A stretch of DNA of 62,446 nucleotides, counting the filler, from Sluysia triapertura (taxonomy: Eukaryota), in the NCBI GenBank assembly GCA_046118255.1. It is 5 parts of 5 records of this genome, joined end to end, with 100 filler letters (N's around TTAATTAATTAA, not from the genome) between each part and the next. Parts side by side here need not be neighbours in the genome. Positions count along the whole stretch, not along the records: positions 1 to 14,702 come from JBJNIA010251640.1; 4 more parts are not named here. The stretch is one strand, 5' to 3'. Under the pieces are notes generated by a model, which was not told where the DNA came from, did not search any database, and saw only the letters and a program-made list of their open reading frames with translations. Positions 1-12,215 of this stretch are shown in pieces (the first letter of the stretch is position 1; each line of letters starts with the position of its first letter). Position numbers and translations under genes: made by a program.

Positions 1-90
1 TAAAAAATGTGGTGTGGGTTTGTTTGGGGGCGCTAAGTAATATTTATTCTGAAAAGGGAGCGGTATGACCGAAAAGTTTGGGAATCACTG
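1..90. mobile_element. Right end of a hAT (Charlie/Buster-type) DNA transposon
   Basis: 72-90 AAAAGTTTGGGAATCACTG is the reverse complement of CAGTGATTCCCAAACTTTT, matching the CAGTGGTTCCCAAACT-type hAT terminal inverted repeat. The partner end is outside the window. Confidence 0.55.
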
Positions 91-1455
91 ATGTACACAA
101 ATAAACAGAACAAATAGTCGGTTATTAAAGAATAAGTAATAAATAAATAAATTGTATTAACATATCAAAATTACGTAATTTTTAAAATGTTTTGGTATAC
201 GTTGTTTTGTGATGTCATTTTACAGGCTTTTTAATGCTGAATTCAAATCTGAAATCAGAATCGAAAAATTCTAACTGGGTTGCGAGATAATTGAGTTCAA
301 ATCTTCAAAAGTTTGGAGTCTGTAGCACAAGAAGGGTTCACTTGTTCGAAAAACGGATGGCGTATTCGGAATCAGCCCACCGAAATCGACAAAATCCCAC
401 GGTTTACTTTGGGACGTGTCTCTTGTTAGATTTATCATAATATGGAGTATCCGGATTATCTGAAACTTTACTCTCTTCTTGTTCATAGTTTCTTTTGTGT
501 CTTTTATGATATATTAATAAATTTTCTAATTGTTTGGCCAATAAAATTAGCTGATTCAAATATACTAGCATTTTCAATTAATACTGTTTCACATAATACA
601 ATAATTCATCCTCAAAGTAGAGTAATTAATATGTAACAGGGGCAGATTTCCTTCAGAAAATTTTGAAAAAAGTTATAATATTGATAAGGTTGATGATGAT
701 CGTTGTTATTATTTTAATTACAAATAAATTAATATTAGCATTTATTTGAACACATTGTTATAGCTATCATTTAGAAATGTAATAACGAATGATTTCTTTT
801 TAAGTACTTGTTTTGCAGTGGATATTATTTATATGCTAGAATATGTGTACTGTGAAGTAGAAAGTTATATTTTTCTATGTTGTTACATACGGGTTGGTGA
901 AAGATTAGGATTATAAGAGGTGCAATGTGTTAGTTTAAAGTTGTTTTATTAATTATCGAATGTCTCAATTTTTTAAAGCCTCAAATTTTACAAGAAAAAT
1001 GAAATAAACATCTGGTTATTATACAAGTGAATTTGATTAAACGTTTTACAAATTAATTAAAATACCAGAGATTAAATTAAATTTAATCACGATTAAAAGA
1101 ACTAGCTGACTGAATCATCAATATACGTATCATGATAGGTCAAGAATTTAACAAAACGATTAAGATTTCCACGGATTATAACACAATTTCAGATACGTTC
1201 ATATTTAATTAATATTCTTAACACATTAGAAAAGAATAATGTATAATAGCCGACAGCTTAAGATCAGACCCATTTGATCAAAATCTTATACATGTGCCTT
1301 CCGTTAAGATTTAAGCTACTTTTAAAGGCGAACTCGCGAAGTAATTCTATTTTTCAAAAAAACAGATAATATAATAATGGTTCGCACAACCATTAAATGA
1401 TTAAATAAATAAATTATAAAATAGGCAAACCAATATTATAGAAAATTATTTAATG

Positions 1456-3791
1456 CAGTGGTGTCAAACACGCGGTCCGAGAGCCGCCTGCGGCATATAA
1501 GAGCTTGAGATGCGGCCTGAGGCTTGATAACAATGTATAAAATAATTTTATTTTAGGATTATATTGGAATTTTAATTTAAACTATTTTTAAGCATTTGAA
1601 TATACCGCCTATGGCATTTGCGCGCCCCTTTTGATTCATGCTTTCGCTAACATCGATAAAGTACATCGTACCGACGATTTGTGCTATCGTTTTTTGACAG
1701 TTTCTTCGCAGTTGCAAATTGAAGTTATTATTTTCTTAATTTATTAAAACTCATCAAATAATTGACCGTGAGTATTAATTAAATTAGAGCATTCAAATTG
1801 GAGTAAAAGATCAGATAAGTACAAAATATGTGAAAAATCATAGTGTCCGTGTTTCAAAACACGTACAATTAAATAAAATATCTAGAAAATTGGTTTAATC
1901 ATTGATTTTTGTATAAAATATTGATTAGGTGTTTAATTTCTAAAGACATGTTTATATTGCATATAAATAAAACAATATTTTTTATCTTTCAGAAAATAAA
2001 AATTGTCTGATTGTAAAAATAACAAAAATAATGCGAGACGAACACAGAATTTTTCAACCATGGTGGGAGTTACATACGGGTTAAATACGGATGGGAGTTA
2101 AATTATTTTTAGAGAGCTAAAAGTTAAAGCTTCGTGTTTAATTTGTAAGCAGACTATAAATGTTTTGAAAAAATATAATTTAAAACGCCATTATGAAATG
2201 CATTCAGAATATAAGCAATAAACAGGAAAAAACAAGAGAAAACAAATTAAAAAATTAAAAAGTGAACTTAAGTCACAACAATCATTTTTTAAAAAATCGT
2301 TTGAAAACTCCGAAGGTCAAGTTCAAAGTAGTTTCATTTTTTCGGAACTTATAGCCAAACGTTCAAAATGTTTATGTTAAGAAGTGCATGTTAAAAACTG
2401 CAGATGTACTCTTTCCCGAAAAAGTCAAAACTATTCAAGGCATTTCACTATAAAGAATTAATGATATCGCTACTAATATTAGTCAAAATCTTGAAAATAA
2501 TTTGAGAAATATTCAACATTTTACAATTGAAATTGATGAAACTACAAATATTACCGTGCAAGCGTAACTTGCTGTCTTTATTCGTGCTTGTGACAAATAT
2601 TTTATTGTGACTGAAGAACTGCTCGATATTTTTGAATCCGTCGACGAGCTTTTAAGTAAATGTAATCTTCCTTTATTAAATTTATAAAGGAAGTAATGAA
2701 AGGAAGAAAAATGGATTTATAGCTATATTATTGCCTAAACAACACGATATTTCTCTCGATAACCAATCTCACCCTCTTCATTGCATCATACATGAGGAGA
2801 TACTGTGTTCAAAAGGAATAAAAATGGAAAACGTTCTTCAATTTGTCAAAAAACTATAAATTTTATACGATCTCGAGGTTTGAAACAACCACAATTTTCA
2901 TCTTTACTGTCAGAAATTTATTATACAGAAGTGCGTTGGCTTTTTTGCCACAAAATTTTGATGCGGTTCTGGGAACTTCGTAATGAAATCAAAATGTTCC
3001 TAGAAATGAAATATCAGTTTAACAATTTAAAGATAAAAATTGGATGCGGGATTTAACATTTCTAACCGATATTACACGACATTTAAATGAGTTAAATTTA
3101 AAACGTCAAGGTCGAAATACAGATATCACACAGATATGAAGGTTTATTAAGACTTTTAAATTGAAACTCGCAATTTGGAAAAAACAACTAAAAATTGTGA
3201 TTTAGTTCATTTTCCGCTTGTAAAAGTTATAAAGAATAATGCATTAATTGTAATTTTGTCAAACATACTTCATCTTTTGACGATCTGTTGTTAGAATTTG
3301 AAATAAGATTTCACAGTTTTCAAGCGTGTGAAGAAGATTTTTGTGGTTCACTTACCCATTTTCGTATAATGTCGAAAAATCAAGCAGCAAAGTTCAAATG
3401 GAGTTTATAGAAATTCAATGCAATGCGTCACTGCAAGAAAAATATAACGAAGTAGGCGTACCCGAGTTTTATTCGTATTTGCCTGAAAACTTTAATGAAA
3501 TGCGATTGTTTGCTTCAAGAATTATTTATGTGAACAGCTTTTTTCTTTGCTAAAGTCAATAAATCGTCACACTAGTGAGCATTTAGTTTCAACATTAAGA
3601 ACATCATCATCTCAAAACATAACACCTAACATTATGAAATTAGTTTGTGAGAAACGTTGTCAGTTTTCATCGAAACAATATTAAATTTTTGTACTTTTTG
3701 TAATCAGTTTGTGCAGTAAGACAAGGTTCGATTTTGTTTGCGGCCCGCAAAATTTTCTGAACCAAATGTTTATGCGAGTTTGACACTACTG
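1456..3791 (+). mobile_element. Near full-length inactive hAT transposon (Buster/SPIN/GTF2IRD2-like)
   Basis: Left TIR CAGTGGTGTCAAACACGC (1456-1473) and right TIR GCGAGTTTGACACTACTG (3774-3791) match 16/18 as inverted repeats. GCGGCCCG-type subterminal motifs are present and a transposase remnant lies inside. Confidence 0.92.
2031..3684 (+). pseudogene. hAT transposase pseudogene (GTF2IRD2/EPM2AIP1-like family), many stops and frameshifts
   Basis: Manual translation gives, in order: KASCLICKQTINVLKKYNLKRHYEMH (BED-like finger), IEIDETTNITVQA*LAVFIRA (first catalytic D), LHCIIHEEILC (CxxH), YYTEVRWL, and C-terminal KRCQFS. Confidence 0.9.
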
Positions 3792-4703
3792 TATTACACT
3801 ATACTCAATAATATTGTCTAATATTATTTAATATTATTATTTTTTTTAATAATATTTGTATTTTCGCGACGATATGGCTAATATTACTTAATTTTTCCTA
3901 TAATATTGGTTTAGCATACTTATTGATTCATGAATATTCATTTAATGATTATGTGTTGATTTGTATTGCTTTGTGTTTATTAATATTTATTTTTTTTCAT
4001 TTTCATTCTACTAAAACTGTATTTTTTCGTTGCTATTTTTTCCTGCTATTCAAATGCGGAAAATTCCACTTATTGTTTATTAAATTAAGTGTAGTTGGTG
4101 AAATATTTCTTAATTTAAGAATTTTTAAATTATTTCCTGAATCTACTATAATTTCTTACATGTTTTAATTTTATTTAAACTTTATTTTGAATTATAAAAT
4201 ATTTATTTTAATTTTATTTAGCTAGATGGATAATTTTATTTTCTCTAGATCGATCGTTATATTTCTGGTTATAATCACGACTTATAACATACAATAAATT
4301 TAAAATTATTATTATAATTTAGTTGTCATTATTTTATAACGCTGATATAATTATTATTACTAAATTATTCACATTATTGTTATTATATAGCATATTATTA
4401 TGGTATTATGATATTATTGTCATTATCCTAACAATTATGTTTTAATTTTATTTTAAATTGTGATCACAAGATTTGTAGCCGATAGTTGTTAAGTCGCTTA
4501 AACAATTCCAATTAACTTTTAATATTTGATCTGAATTATGGTTATTAGTAAATGTAATTATATATCATACTTAATAGTAGAAATTAATCTTCAACATAAT
4601 TAATGAAAATTTAAACATTGAAATAAATTAAATAAATTTATTAATTTAATTTAAATTGCCTAATTATTATTAATAAATCGATAACTTTCACATTGTATTA
4701 TAG

Positions 4704-4941
4704 AATGTTGTTGCAAGCAGGAGCTCGACCTAGTGAAACAGATAATCTTGGTCGAATTCCATTGATGCTGGCTTGTCAAGAAGGATATACTGATATGGTA
4801 GAACTACTTCTTTCAAATTGGAATGAAAGTATCAATTTTGTGTCACTAGATGGTAGTACTCCTCTCAAAGTGGCTCTCTTAAATGAATGGCGTGATATAG
4901 TACTTATTCTATTGGATAATGGAGCTAATGTTTTATTATTG
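4704..4941 (+). CDS. Internal exon of ankyrin-repeat protein, ANKRD50-like
   Basis: AG acceptor 4702-4703, GT donor 4942. Encodes MLLQAGARPSETDNLGRIPLMLACQEGYTDMVELLL...DGSTPLKVALLNEWRDIVLILLDNGANVLLL, i.e. ankyrin repeats resembling the ANKRD50 segment [23 protein letters not shown] (from memory). Confidence 0.88.
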
Positions 4942-7900
4942 GTTTGATAATATTTAGTATATATTTATTACATATAATTGAATCTCAAAATGTGCACAAT
5001 TATAAGACAGTTTTTAATATTGTACTATCGAGAATTAAGGTATGTTATTATTATTATTATTATATGCAGTAATGCTCTTCAAATTGTTTGTGGTTATTTA
5101 TTAAATTGACAGTGTTAGAAAAATCATTCACTTTACCAAAAATATATCAAATAGAGATTTAAATAAATCAATATAATTTATAGGTTTAACAATTTTTAGG
5201 TATAATATAAAAAAGAATATAATTTTGAGTTAAAAACTAACTTATTTATTTTAAACTTTATATAGTTATAGTTATCGTGAATACTTTTAACCTGCTTTAT
5301 TACTACATGTGTTCCATTTCAAAACATTAGTAGAACTTTAAATCAAGTTTTTACAAAATATTTATTTCCTTAATTACAATAAAAAATAAATACTAAACAA
5401 AACAAACTTTATCACACTTATTTTAAAATACCTGTTAAATTGGGACAAGTTTTTAGTTTGAATTTAAATTTAAGCTGCATTTGCATCTGATCGTTGTAGT
5501 TTGTAAAACTAAAGGCTTTGAAGTTAAGCAAAAAGGTAAACAGGATTATTTTTCATATTATATACTTTATTTATGTTTGTATTTGGTGAGGCGGTTACCT
5601 GCACTGTTCCTTCACATTTTTCTATTGGTTTTTGGATCCTGCTATGTTATTTAGAGATGTTTATCCTTGCTTTTTATTGTTTATAAAGATGTGTTTTAAT
5701 TATTTTTTTAATATCCATATTTAAATATTTTTAGATATTGTAAATTAAGTGCAATTTATAATTTAATTGCTGGTTTTTTATGTAATTTAAAATTAAACCT
5801 TATTGCAAATATAGTTTAATTCGGGTCCACCTGTAATCGACGATTTAAATACTAACGGAAGACGAGGTTACTGGATTTTGAATTTCTACGAGTCTATGGT
5901 TGAGAGATGAAATTGGATGTGAACTTTGACAATAGATATAACTCAAAAAATAATACTCTGTAGTTCTTTAATTGTCGAAATTTATCTGAACTTAAACTTT
6001 ATTACACCTATTAAATATCTTACTCACAAAATAAACAACTAATAACAATGAGAAGGTATATTATTAAAACCTTATAATAACCAAAATACAAAATTTGTTA
6101 CAACATAACGATATAATATTAAGATTAAGGTTTGATCGTTAATTGAATTGATTTTAAATAAGATTTTGAGTCTAAAATTATTATAGAATGTAAAATTTGT
6201 TATGATTTTAAGTATAGTTTAACCCTTACATAATATAAGGAAATAACTTATGATTTATCTTGTTCAAAAAACAAAGAGTCGCAGGAGACACAATATCCAA
6301 TTATATGATTTTCTCTAATCGAATAATTTTCGAATGTATTTCAGCAACAATTCTTAAATTTAATCCGCACTTAAAATTAGTAACTCCTTTTGATTGAATA
6401 AGTGTTTGGTATCTTTAACACTAAAATTCGTAACTGATACTTTGTATAATTATTGCCTTGTCTTGAGATGTTTTTTGTTTGTATATTAAATTATATGGGT
6501 GTTGCACCGAGAAATATTTCATTAATTTCGAAAAATGGTGATACACCCAAATTGTAATTATTAAAAATAATAGAATAAAAATGGTGATAAACCCAAAATA
6601 TAAAAATATTTTATTAATTATTTTGTCAAAAATAATATCACGCCTTATTTATCTTTTAAATTAAAATTAATAATACTTAATAATAATAAAATAATAAAGT
6701 CAAATTAACAGTATAATATCAATCATATCATATTTTATTTATTTTAAACATTAACTGTGGAGGATTACTCGATGGATATTTTTTATTAAAAATAATAATT
6801 TGTTATTTTAAACAAAAACAGTTATATATAATCAATATTTAAATTATATAAGATAACTTTTTGGATATGTGGTATGGGTACTACCATATCTTGGCGAAAC
6901 TCATAATGTTTTAGGTTATCTGGTGAGAAAATAAAAAAAATTGCCTGTGCTTTTAAATTCTTTAGGTAGATCGAGTTGAATTAAGATGAATTAAGAGAAC
7001 CTAAAAATACTTATCATACTTTCCGAATATTTCGGGTGATCCGTATACATTCTTTTAAATTATAATCATTTTTCAGGGAAAACAAGTTATTATACATTTA
7101 CATTTGTACCCTTTTGGCCTTAGTTTAGCACCCTAAGTATTTAGTCTTCACATTCAACAAAATTTGCAACGAACAAGTGAAATTCTTTAAACTTGTAGAA
7201 AGTTTGTGTGAGTTAGATTACATATATTGGAGTTTTAAAAACTTATTTTATACAGTGTTTTGTGCAAGTACGTTACGACTAATAATTTTTAATTTTCATT
7301 ATGTAATATTTTTCTATAGTTAATTTCGCTCTACAATAAATTGTACGTCTATGATCTTATTCCATATATTTTTGTGATTATACCTACAAGTATAGTTAAT
7401 TGCATTCTATATTATAATTTTGGTCTTATAATTTAGTATATCCATCGTGTATTAGTAGAAATTCGTTAGTATTTTTTAACCATTTTTCATCTTTATTGGC
7501 GTTACTGTTCGATACCTTTTACTTTTGTGTGATAATTAAATGTGGCGGATTCCCAGCTCCTCTTCTACATTTTGATTTTAGTTTCTTTTTTATTCCACTG
7601 TCTAAAAGTTTTTTCAAGTATTTATTTACAAGAATGTTTTTCGATTTCTTTTCAAGATTTTTCGGTAAGTTTTGTTTTTTGTTTTACATAAGTACGAATT
7701 GAATTAGCCGTGTTAATAAGGTTCAATATTTAAATTTACATTTAATATTTTTAATGTTTTATATCTAATGTTATAATATTTCCCAAAATTTTTATATTTA
7801 TGCTTATATTTATATATATATAAGCATCATGAATAATTATTTGTGATAATTAAATGAGATATATGTAAAAAAAGAGTAAAAAAGTTTTACGTTTTAAAGA

Positions 7901-8507
7901 AAAAATCTATGCGCACCTTAATTAACTAATTTAATTAAAATTATTTAGAAATCATTTTGACTCAATAACTTTGTGTATGATGTTTGCATTTGAGAAAGAA
8001 TGCACATAATGAAATACAGTGATGAAATTTATTAGTGTTATGAACAACAAGATAATACGAAACATGTCGATGTAAATAACGTAAAATAGTTAATTTTAAT
8101 TATTTGTCTTGACAAAGTTAAATTTCTATATGTTATAATGATTATACATTTTTTTGATTTTATTCTTTTGAATTAGATAAGAGTTTATTTATATTCAGAT
8201 AATTGTTGGTAATTATTGTTAAATTTTGATCATTAAAATTGGTCGGCTTGAAAACGACTCTAAGGAATAATCATACCGATATGCATATTAATTAAGTCGA
8301 ATTCCAGACTTCATAGAATTTACCTAAACACTATATAAAGAAGCACATTTTGCTATGATACAACACAAATGATAATGCAATAATAAATGAAGTTCTACTG
8401 TTAAAAAAAGCTGTTTCAACTCAATAGTGGCAAAGGCTATTATTGAATCCTACATTCCTTTAGCATTTGACTAAATAATTGTTTTGATTAATTTATTTTA
8501 ATTTTAG

Positions 8508-8696
8508 GATAACAATTTTCGTTCTCCTCTACACATTGCCGTCTTGCAACAAAGTAATGAATGTTTCAGTGATATTCTTCTTTATATTAAAAACTATCAA
8601 CCTGCAACTTTGAATATACAGGAAGAAAATGGGCGTACGGCATTACACTTAGCATCTTGGAAAGGTGATGCTGATTTGGTATTAAGACTTCTTCAG
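8508..8696 (+). CDS. Next internal exon of the same ankyrin-repeat gene (absent from ORF track)
   Basis: TTTTAG acceptor at 8507, CAG|GT donor at 8696/8697, 189 nt, phase 0/0. Encodes DNNFRSPLHIAVLQQSNECFSDILLYIKNYQPATLNIQEENGRTALHLASWKGDADLVLRLLQ. Splicing to the previous exon rebuilds a clean ankyrin junction GANVLLL|DNNFRSPLHIA. Confidence 0.88.
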
Positions 8697-8809
8697 GTTA
8701 CGTTTTAATTTTTTATATAAAATATTTATTTTTATATAAATAAATAATAAACCATCTAAATTTTTAGCATGAAAAATAATTGTGCAAATTTATTCTAAAT
8801 CAAATATTT

Positions 8810-9450
8810 ACAATATATAACCATAGTTCTAACAAATGAGAAATTTTGAAAGAGAAGACCAGTCTTTTAGTGTCAATTGGCTCTAACATTTTCCAATAAG
8901 CCATTAAGTAATTACGGATAATTAAGAATATTGTGAAGAATTTATAGAGTTTTGTTTTTCAGAGTATTTTGCTACACAAGATTGATACAATTTAAACTAA
9001 TCCTCGAACACTAATTGTGAAATTCAGTCCTTTTTATGTGCACTCCAAAAAACTGGAAGATATTCTCTATGTGAAGTATAATTGAATAAAATTATTTTTG
9101 ACATTTCCTCAAAGTAAATAATATAATAAAATCTCATTCACTGAGCTCTATTGGTTCATCTTTGTTTTAAGTGCCCTTTATTTGAGGATAAAATCCCCGT
9201 AATTCGCAAAATTATTTTCTTCAAATACGTAAATCATCTGATCTCTTACTCTTAACTGTAATATTCCCAAATCCAGATCAATATATAGTTTCTTAAACCA
9301 TCTTTTACTTGTAATAAAGATATGTTTTTCTTCAGAGTATGTTTTTTCCATTGAAAAATATTAAGAGCTTAACTTTTAATGATACAAATATGGTGTTAAA
9401 GCAGATCATCCACTGAAAAAATAGGATCCGGAAATGCATAAGCAACAATA
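8810..9450 (-). pseudogene. Probable decayed C-terminal half of a protein-primed B-family DNA polymerase (Polinton-type)
   Basis: Broken-frame motifs occur in the expected order: DPIF.G*SAL (~KPIYVGxxIL), VKLLIFF (~SKLLMYxF), KLYIDLDLGI (~LLYxDTDSxI), FFGVHIK (~FxGLRxK), ISVRGL, KMLEPIDTKR (~KxLSxxDDKR), YGY. Each motif is weak on its own. Confidence 0.45.
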
Positions 9451-9668
9451 ATAACGTGAAAAATGTGAAAGAATTGCAAAATAAATAACATTTATGGTGC
9501 TTATAAAACGTACTATCTACCAGGCAAGAAATTATGAATCTCGTTCCTCATATCGTACGAAGTATAAATATATCTATGATTTTGACGATTTATATCAAAA
9601 TTTGTATTGAAATAAAAGAAACTGTTAAATTGAAACTTAATTTATTTTTAAAAATAAATGTATTTACG

Positions 9669-9672
<4 letters not shown>

Positions 9673-9719
<47 letters not shown>
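9673..9719. repeat. (TTA)n microsatellite
   Basis: Directly visible; explains the poly-Leu ORF 9534-9788. Confidence 0.97.
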
Positions 9720-10039
9720 GTTTGTTTATTGAATAAACAATCGAAATTATTAAACAAAACAGGTTTGTTTATCTGTCCTTGTTATTAGGATGAAAATGAC
9801 AATAAATATTTGTTTTGTAATAATAATGTATGGCTTATTATTTTAAAAATTAATTTGTAATGAAAACTTGTCGTCAATTATTCTAAATTTAAATTAGACA
9901 TAATTCATTTAATTAATGATTAATGACTCTAACTCACTTTAAAATTATTCGTAAACTTTAGGCAAATATAAACTTTATTTTTAATTTTCTTGAAATTATT
10001 ATAGTTTAACTGTATCATTAAACACCTACAGTTGCTTAA

Positions 10040-10275
10040 CCATTTCAATCCTACTGGGATATCTATGTTCCAATAAATTTCTAATAAACATTGAAAAGAA
10101 AAAATGTTATTTTATTTAATATGTCTTTGAATATTATACATCCCACCAAATTGCTCAATTACTAATTAAAAGTATGACATATTGAACAAATTTCTTGTAT
10201 CTGTATGCATATTAGTACTTATTAAACTAAGAATTAGATGTAAAAATTGTTTAGAAAAAAATCGTATTGAAAGGG
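10040..10275. mobile_element. piggyBac-type MITE with TTAA target duplication
   Basis: TTAA(10036-39)-CCATTTCAATCC ... GTATTGAAAGGG-TTAA(10276-79); 10/12 inverted match. Confidence 0.7.
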
Positions 10276-10279
10276 TTAA

Positions 10280-10933
10280 ATGACTTTCAAACTTAATATA
10301 AACCGTCTCCATCCAAAAAAATCGTAGTTCTCATCTCATCTAAGAGATGAAAGTGCAAAATCAGATTTTAAACTCTTTTTCAAAGTCTCAAATAAAAAGA
10401 ACTAAATTAACTAAAATCTCTTCCGAAAATTATATTAAGAATTAGTTACAAAACAACATTAAAAACACGTAAAAATATTTTATAATGATTTTAAATTTTA
10501 ATTAAATTTTACGATATCGTATTTACTACACAGTTTAAATGTTTTCCGTAATCAAATAATTCTCAAGTATCTTCTGTAGGAAATATCCAAAGGTGATTTT
10601 TAGTATTTTATTATTTTTCATAAATTATTGATCATAAGTTTGTATTTGCGCATGATCTGTCAATAAGTTTATTTCTCTCATCAGAGTACAAGTTAATGTT
10701 AGTGATAAAGGTAAATTTCCGCTCATTAATTTTTTTACTATTTAATATTCTGTCCCGTGTCAAATTGAAATTTTATAAAAATTATAAGTAAGTTCCACTA
10801 ATTCAGCTTCCTATTTGCCAGATAATTCTATTGGGTTTTGACAATCTACAGTGGACATGCTAGAATTATTGTCTGGTTAATTGAGTGGACAACTATTGCT
10901 TGGTAATATTAAATGAAAACATTCAGTGTTCAT
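10280..10933 (-). pseudogene. Polinton/Maverick minor capsid (penton, PX) remnant
   Basis: ATG at 10933 gives MNTECFHLILPSNSCPLN*PDNNSSMSTVDCQNPIELSGK*EAELVELTY, matching the Polinton penton N-terminus FYxxLPSNSSxxxxPxNxxSxFxxxLxxPIxLxGxWEVALxEIxY. The downstream boundary is uncertain. Confidence 0.75.
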
Positions 10934-10959
10934 TTGATGATAATAAATATATTACTTTG

Positions 10960-11843
10960 ACATTTATACCACTAATTGAGATTCAAGTATCTATTTCCTG
11001 TATCCAACCTATTTATCAAGTAAATTTTTGGTTTTTCCTTTAGTTTTTAAAATTGATTCAATACGATAAGTTATCTGTTTTATAGGTTAAACTTGTAATT
11101 CTTCATGATAAAATTTTTCTTATATCATCGCTATCTTTTAATAGATATATTACAAGATTTTGTCTTGCAAATATTTCATGAATTTGAAACACTTCATCAC
11201 TCCAATTATTATTACTATTATTATAGAGTCACTAATTTTAAATTTAGGTTCTTTTTTGTTTTTGCAAATTTCCATAAAATTAGTTGAATTACTATCTAAA
11301 TCCATCAAGTCCTCGGTGTTTACTGTGATTATATACATCAGTTACATTAGGGGTAATACATTTTTTATTTTTTAGTATATCTCTTATAGTACAATTAATG
11401 GTGTCCATTACTGACTAAACATTGAACATGATTAATTCCATGTTTTCCTATTACTTTTTGCACATATTTACTGTAAAACTCTTTACCTAAATCAGATTGA
11501 AAATTTCTAGGTTGTCTTTAATTAATGGCGATACTGCTTCACTTGTATCTTTATCACTCTTTGATTTAACTGATAATGATCTTGCAAATCCTAAAAACAA
11601 TTTGAAATATATTTGTAACCATTATTAATTTTGAAATATGAAATAAAATCAGTTTGCCATAATTGATCTGGTCCTGCTGTTTTGCACATACTTGTTGAAA
11701 ATCTGCATCTAGTTAATTTGCTAAGTTAGTATGCCGACTGATAGTATAGTATAATATGTGAACAATTGGATCTTTTGTCTTCGTCTTCTCTCCATTAAAG
11801 CTAGATAATGCTGAACTCATACTTTCCATATTTTTTCAAACAT
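10960..11843 (-). pseudogene. Polinton/Maverick retroviral-like (rve) integrase with C-terminal chromodomain, decayed
   Basis: Motifs in order: SSFNGEK; TRCRFSTSMCKTAGPDQLWQTDFISYFKINNGYKYI; GFARSLSVKSKS; RQPRNFQSDLGKEFYSKYVQKVIGKHGINH; VYNHSKHRGL; KEPKFKISDSI; NWSDEVFQIHEIFARQNLVIYLLKD..FYHEELQ; K*VGY. These are diagnostic of Polinton c-integrases. Confidence 0.9.
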
Positions 11844-11844
11844 T

Positions 11845-12215
11845 TAGTTTATCCCAACCCGAACTTATTAATCCACCAGTAAGTGATGCCACAAATTGTA
11901 GCAATGTACCAATAAATCAACCATTTTGTGTGTGTATTACTTGTCTTTTTGAATTTAAATTTTGCATTTGTATATTTTTCTTAGATTCATTAACATTTAT
12001 TTTACCAACAGTTAATTTATCAATATATCAATGAAATCATCAATTTCAAACGAAGGAAATGATTTTAAAATTATGAGTCTACGAGATTGTTGTGCTTTCA
12101 ATAATGCATTAAAGTGCGGTTTACTATGTTCAAAATTTATCTTTTTGTTTTGATGTGGCACAGTCGAAATTAATTGTTTCATATGTTTGACTATAAATTT
12201 TTTAAAATTAATCAT
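11845..12215 (-). pseudogene. Small basic Polinton ORF ending in a QxGG-F amphipathic segment (decayed)
   Basis: ORF 12012-12215 continues after a stop into VGKINVNESKK...SKRQVI..QNG*FIGTLLQFVASLTGGLISSGW. This resembles the small KRxxLxQxGGFL protein that I recall lying upstream of Polinton integrases. Confidence 0.5.

Noticed and set aside
225-660. ORFs 271-486 and 442-636, and CAGGGGCAGATTT at 637
   Set aside because: Looks like non-coding subterminal TE sequence; no partner terminus or protein motif found.
9534-9788. Poly-Leu membrane-like ORF; similar hydrophobic short ORFs at 3923, 7496, 15304, 22294, 27206, 51204 and 55897
   Set aside because: Expected by chance in T-rich DNA or produced by microsatellites; no motifs or splice support.
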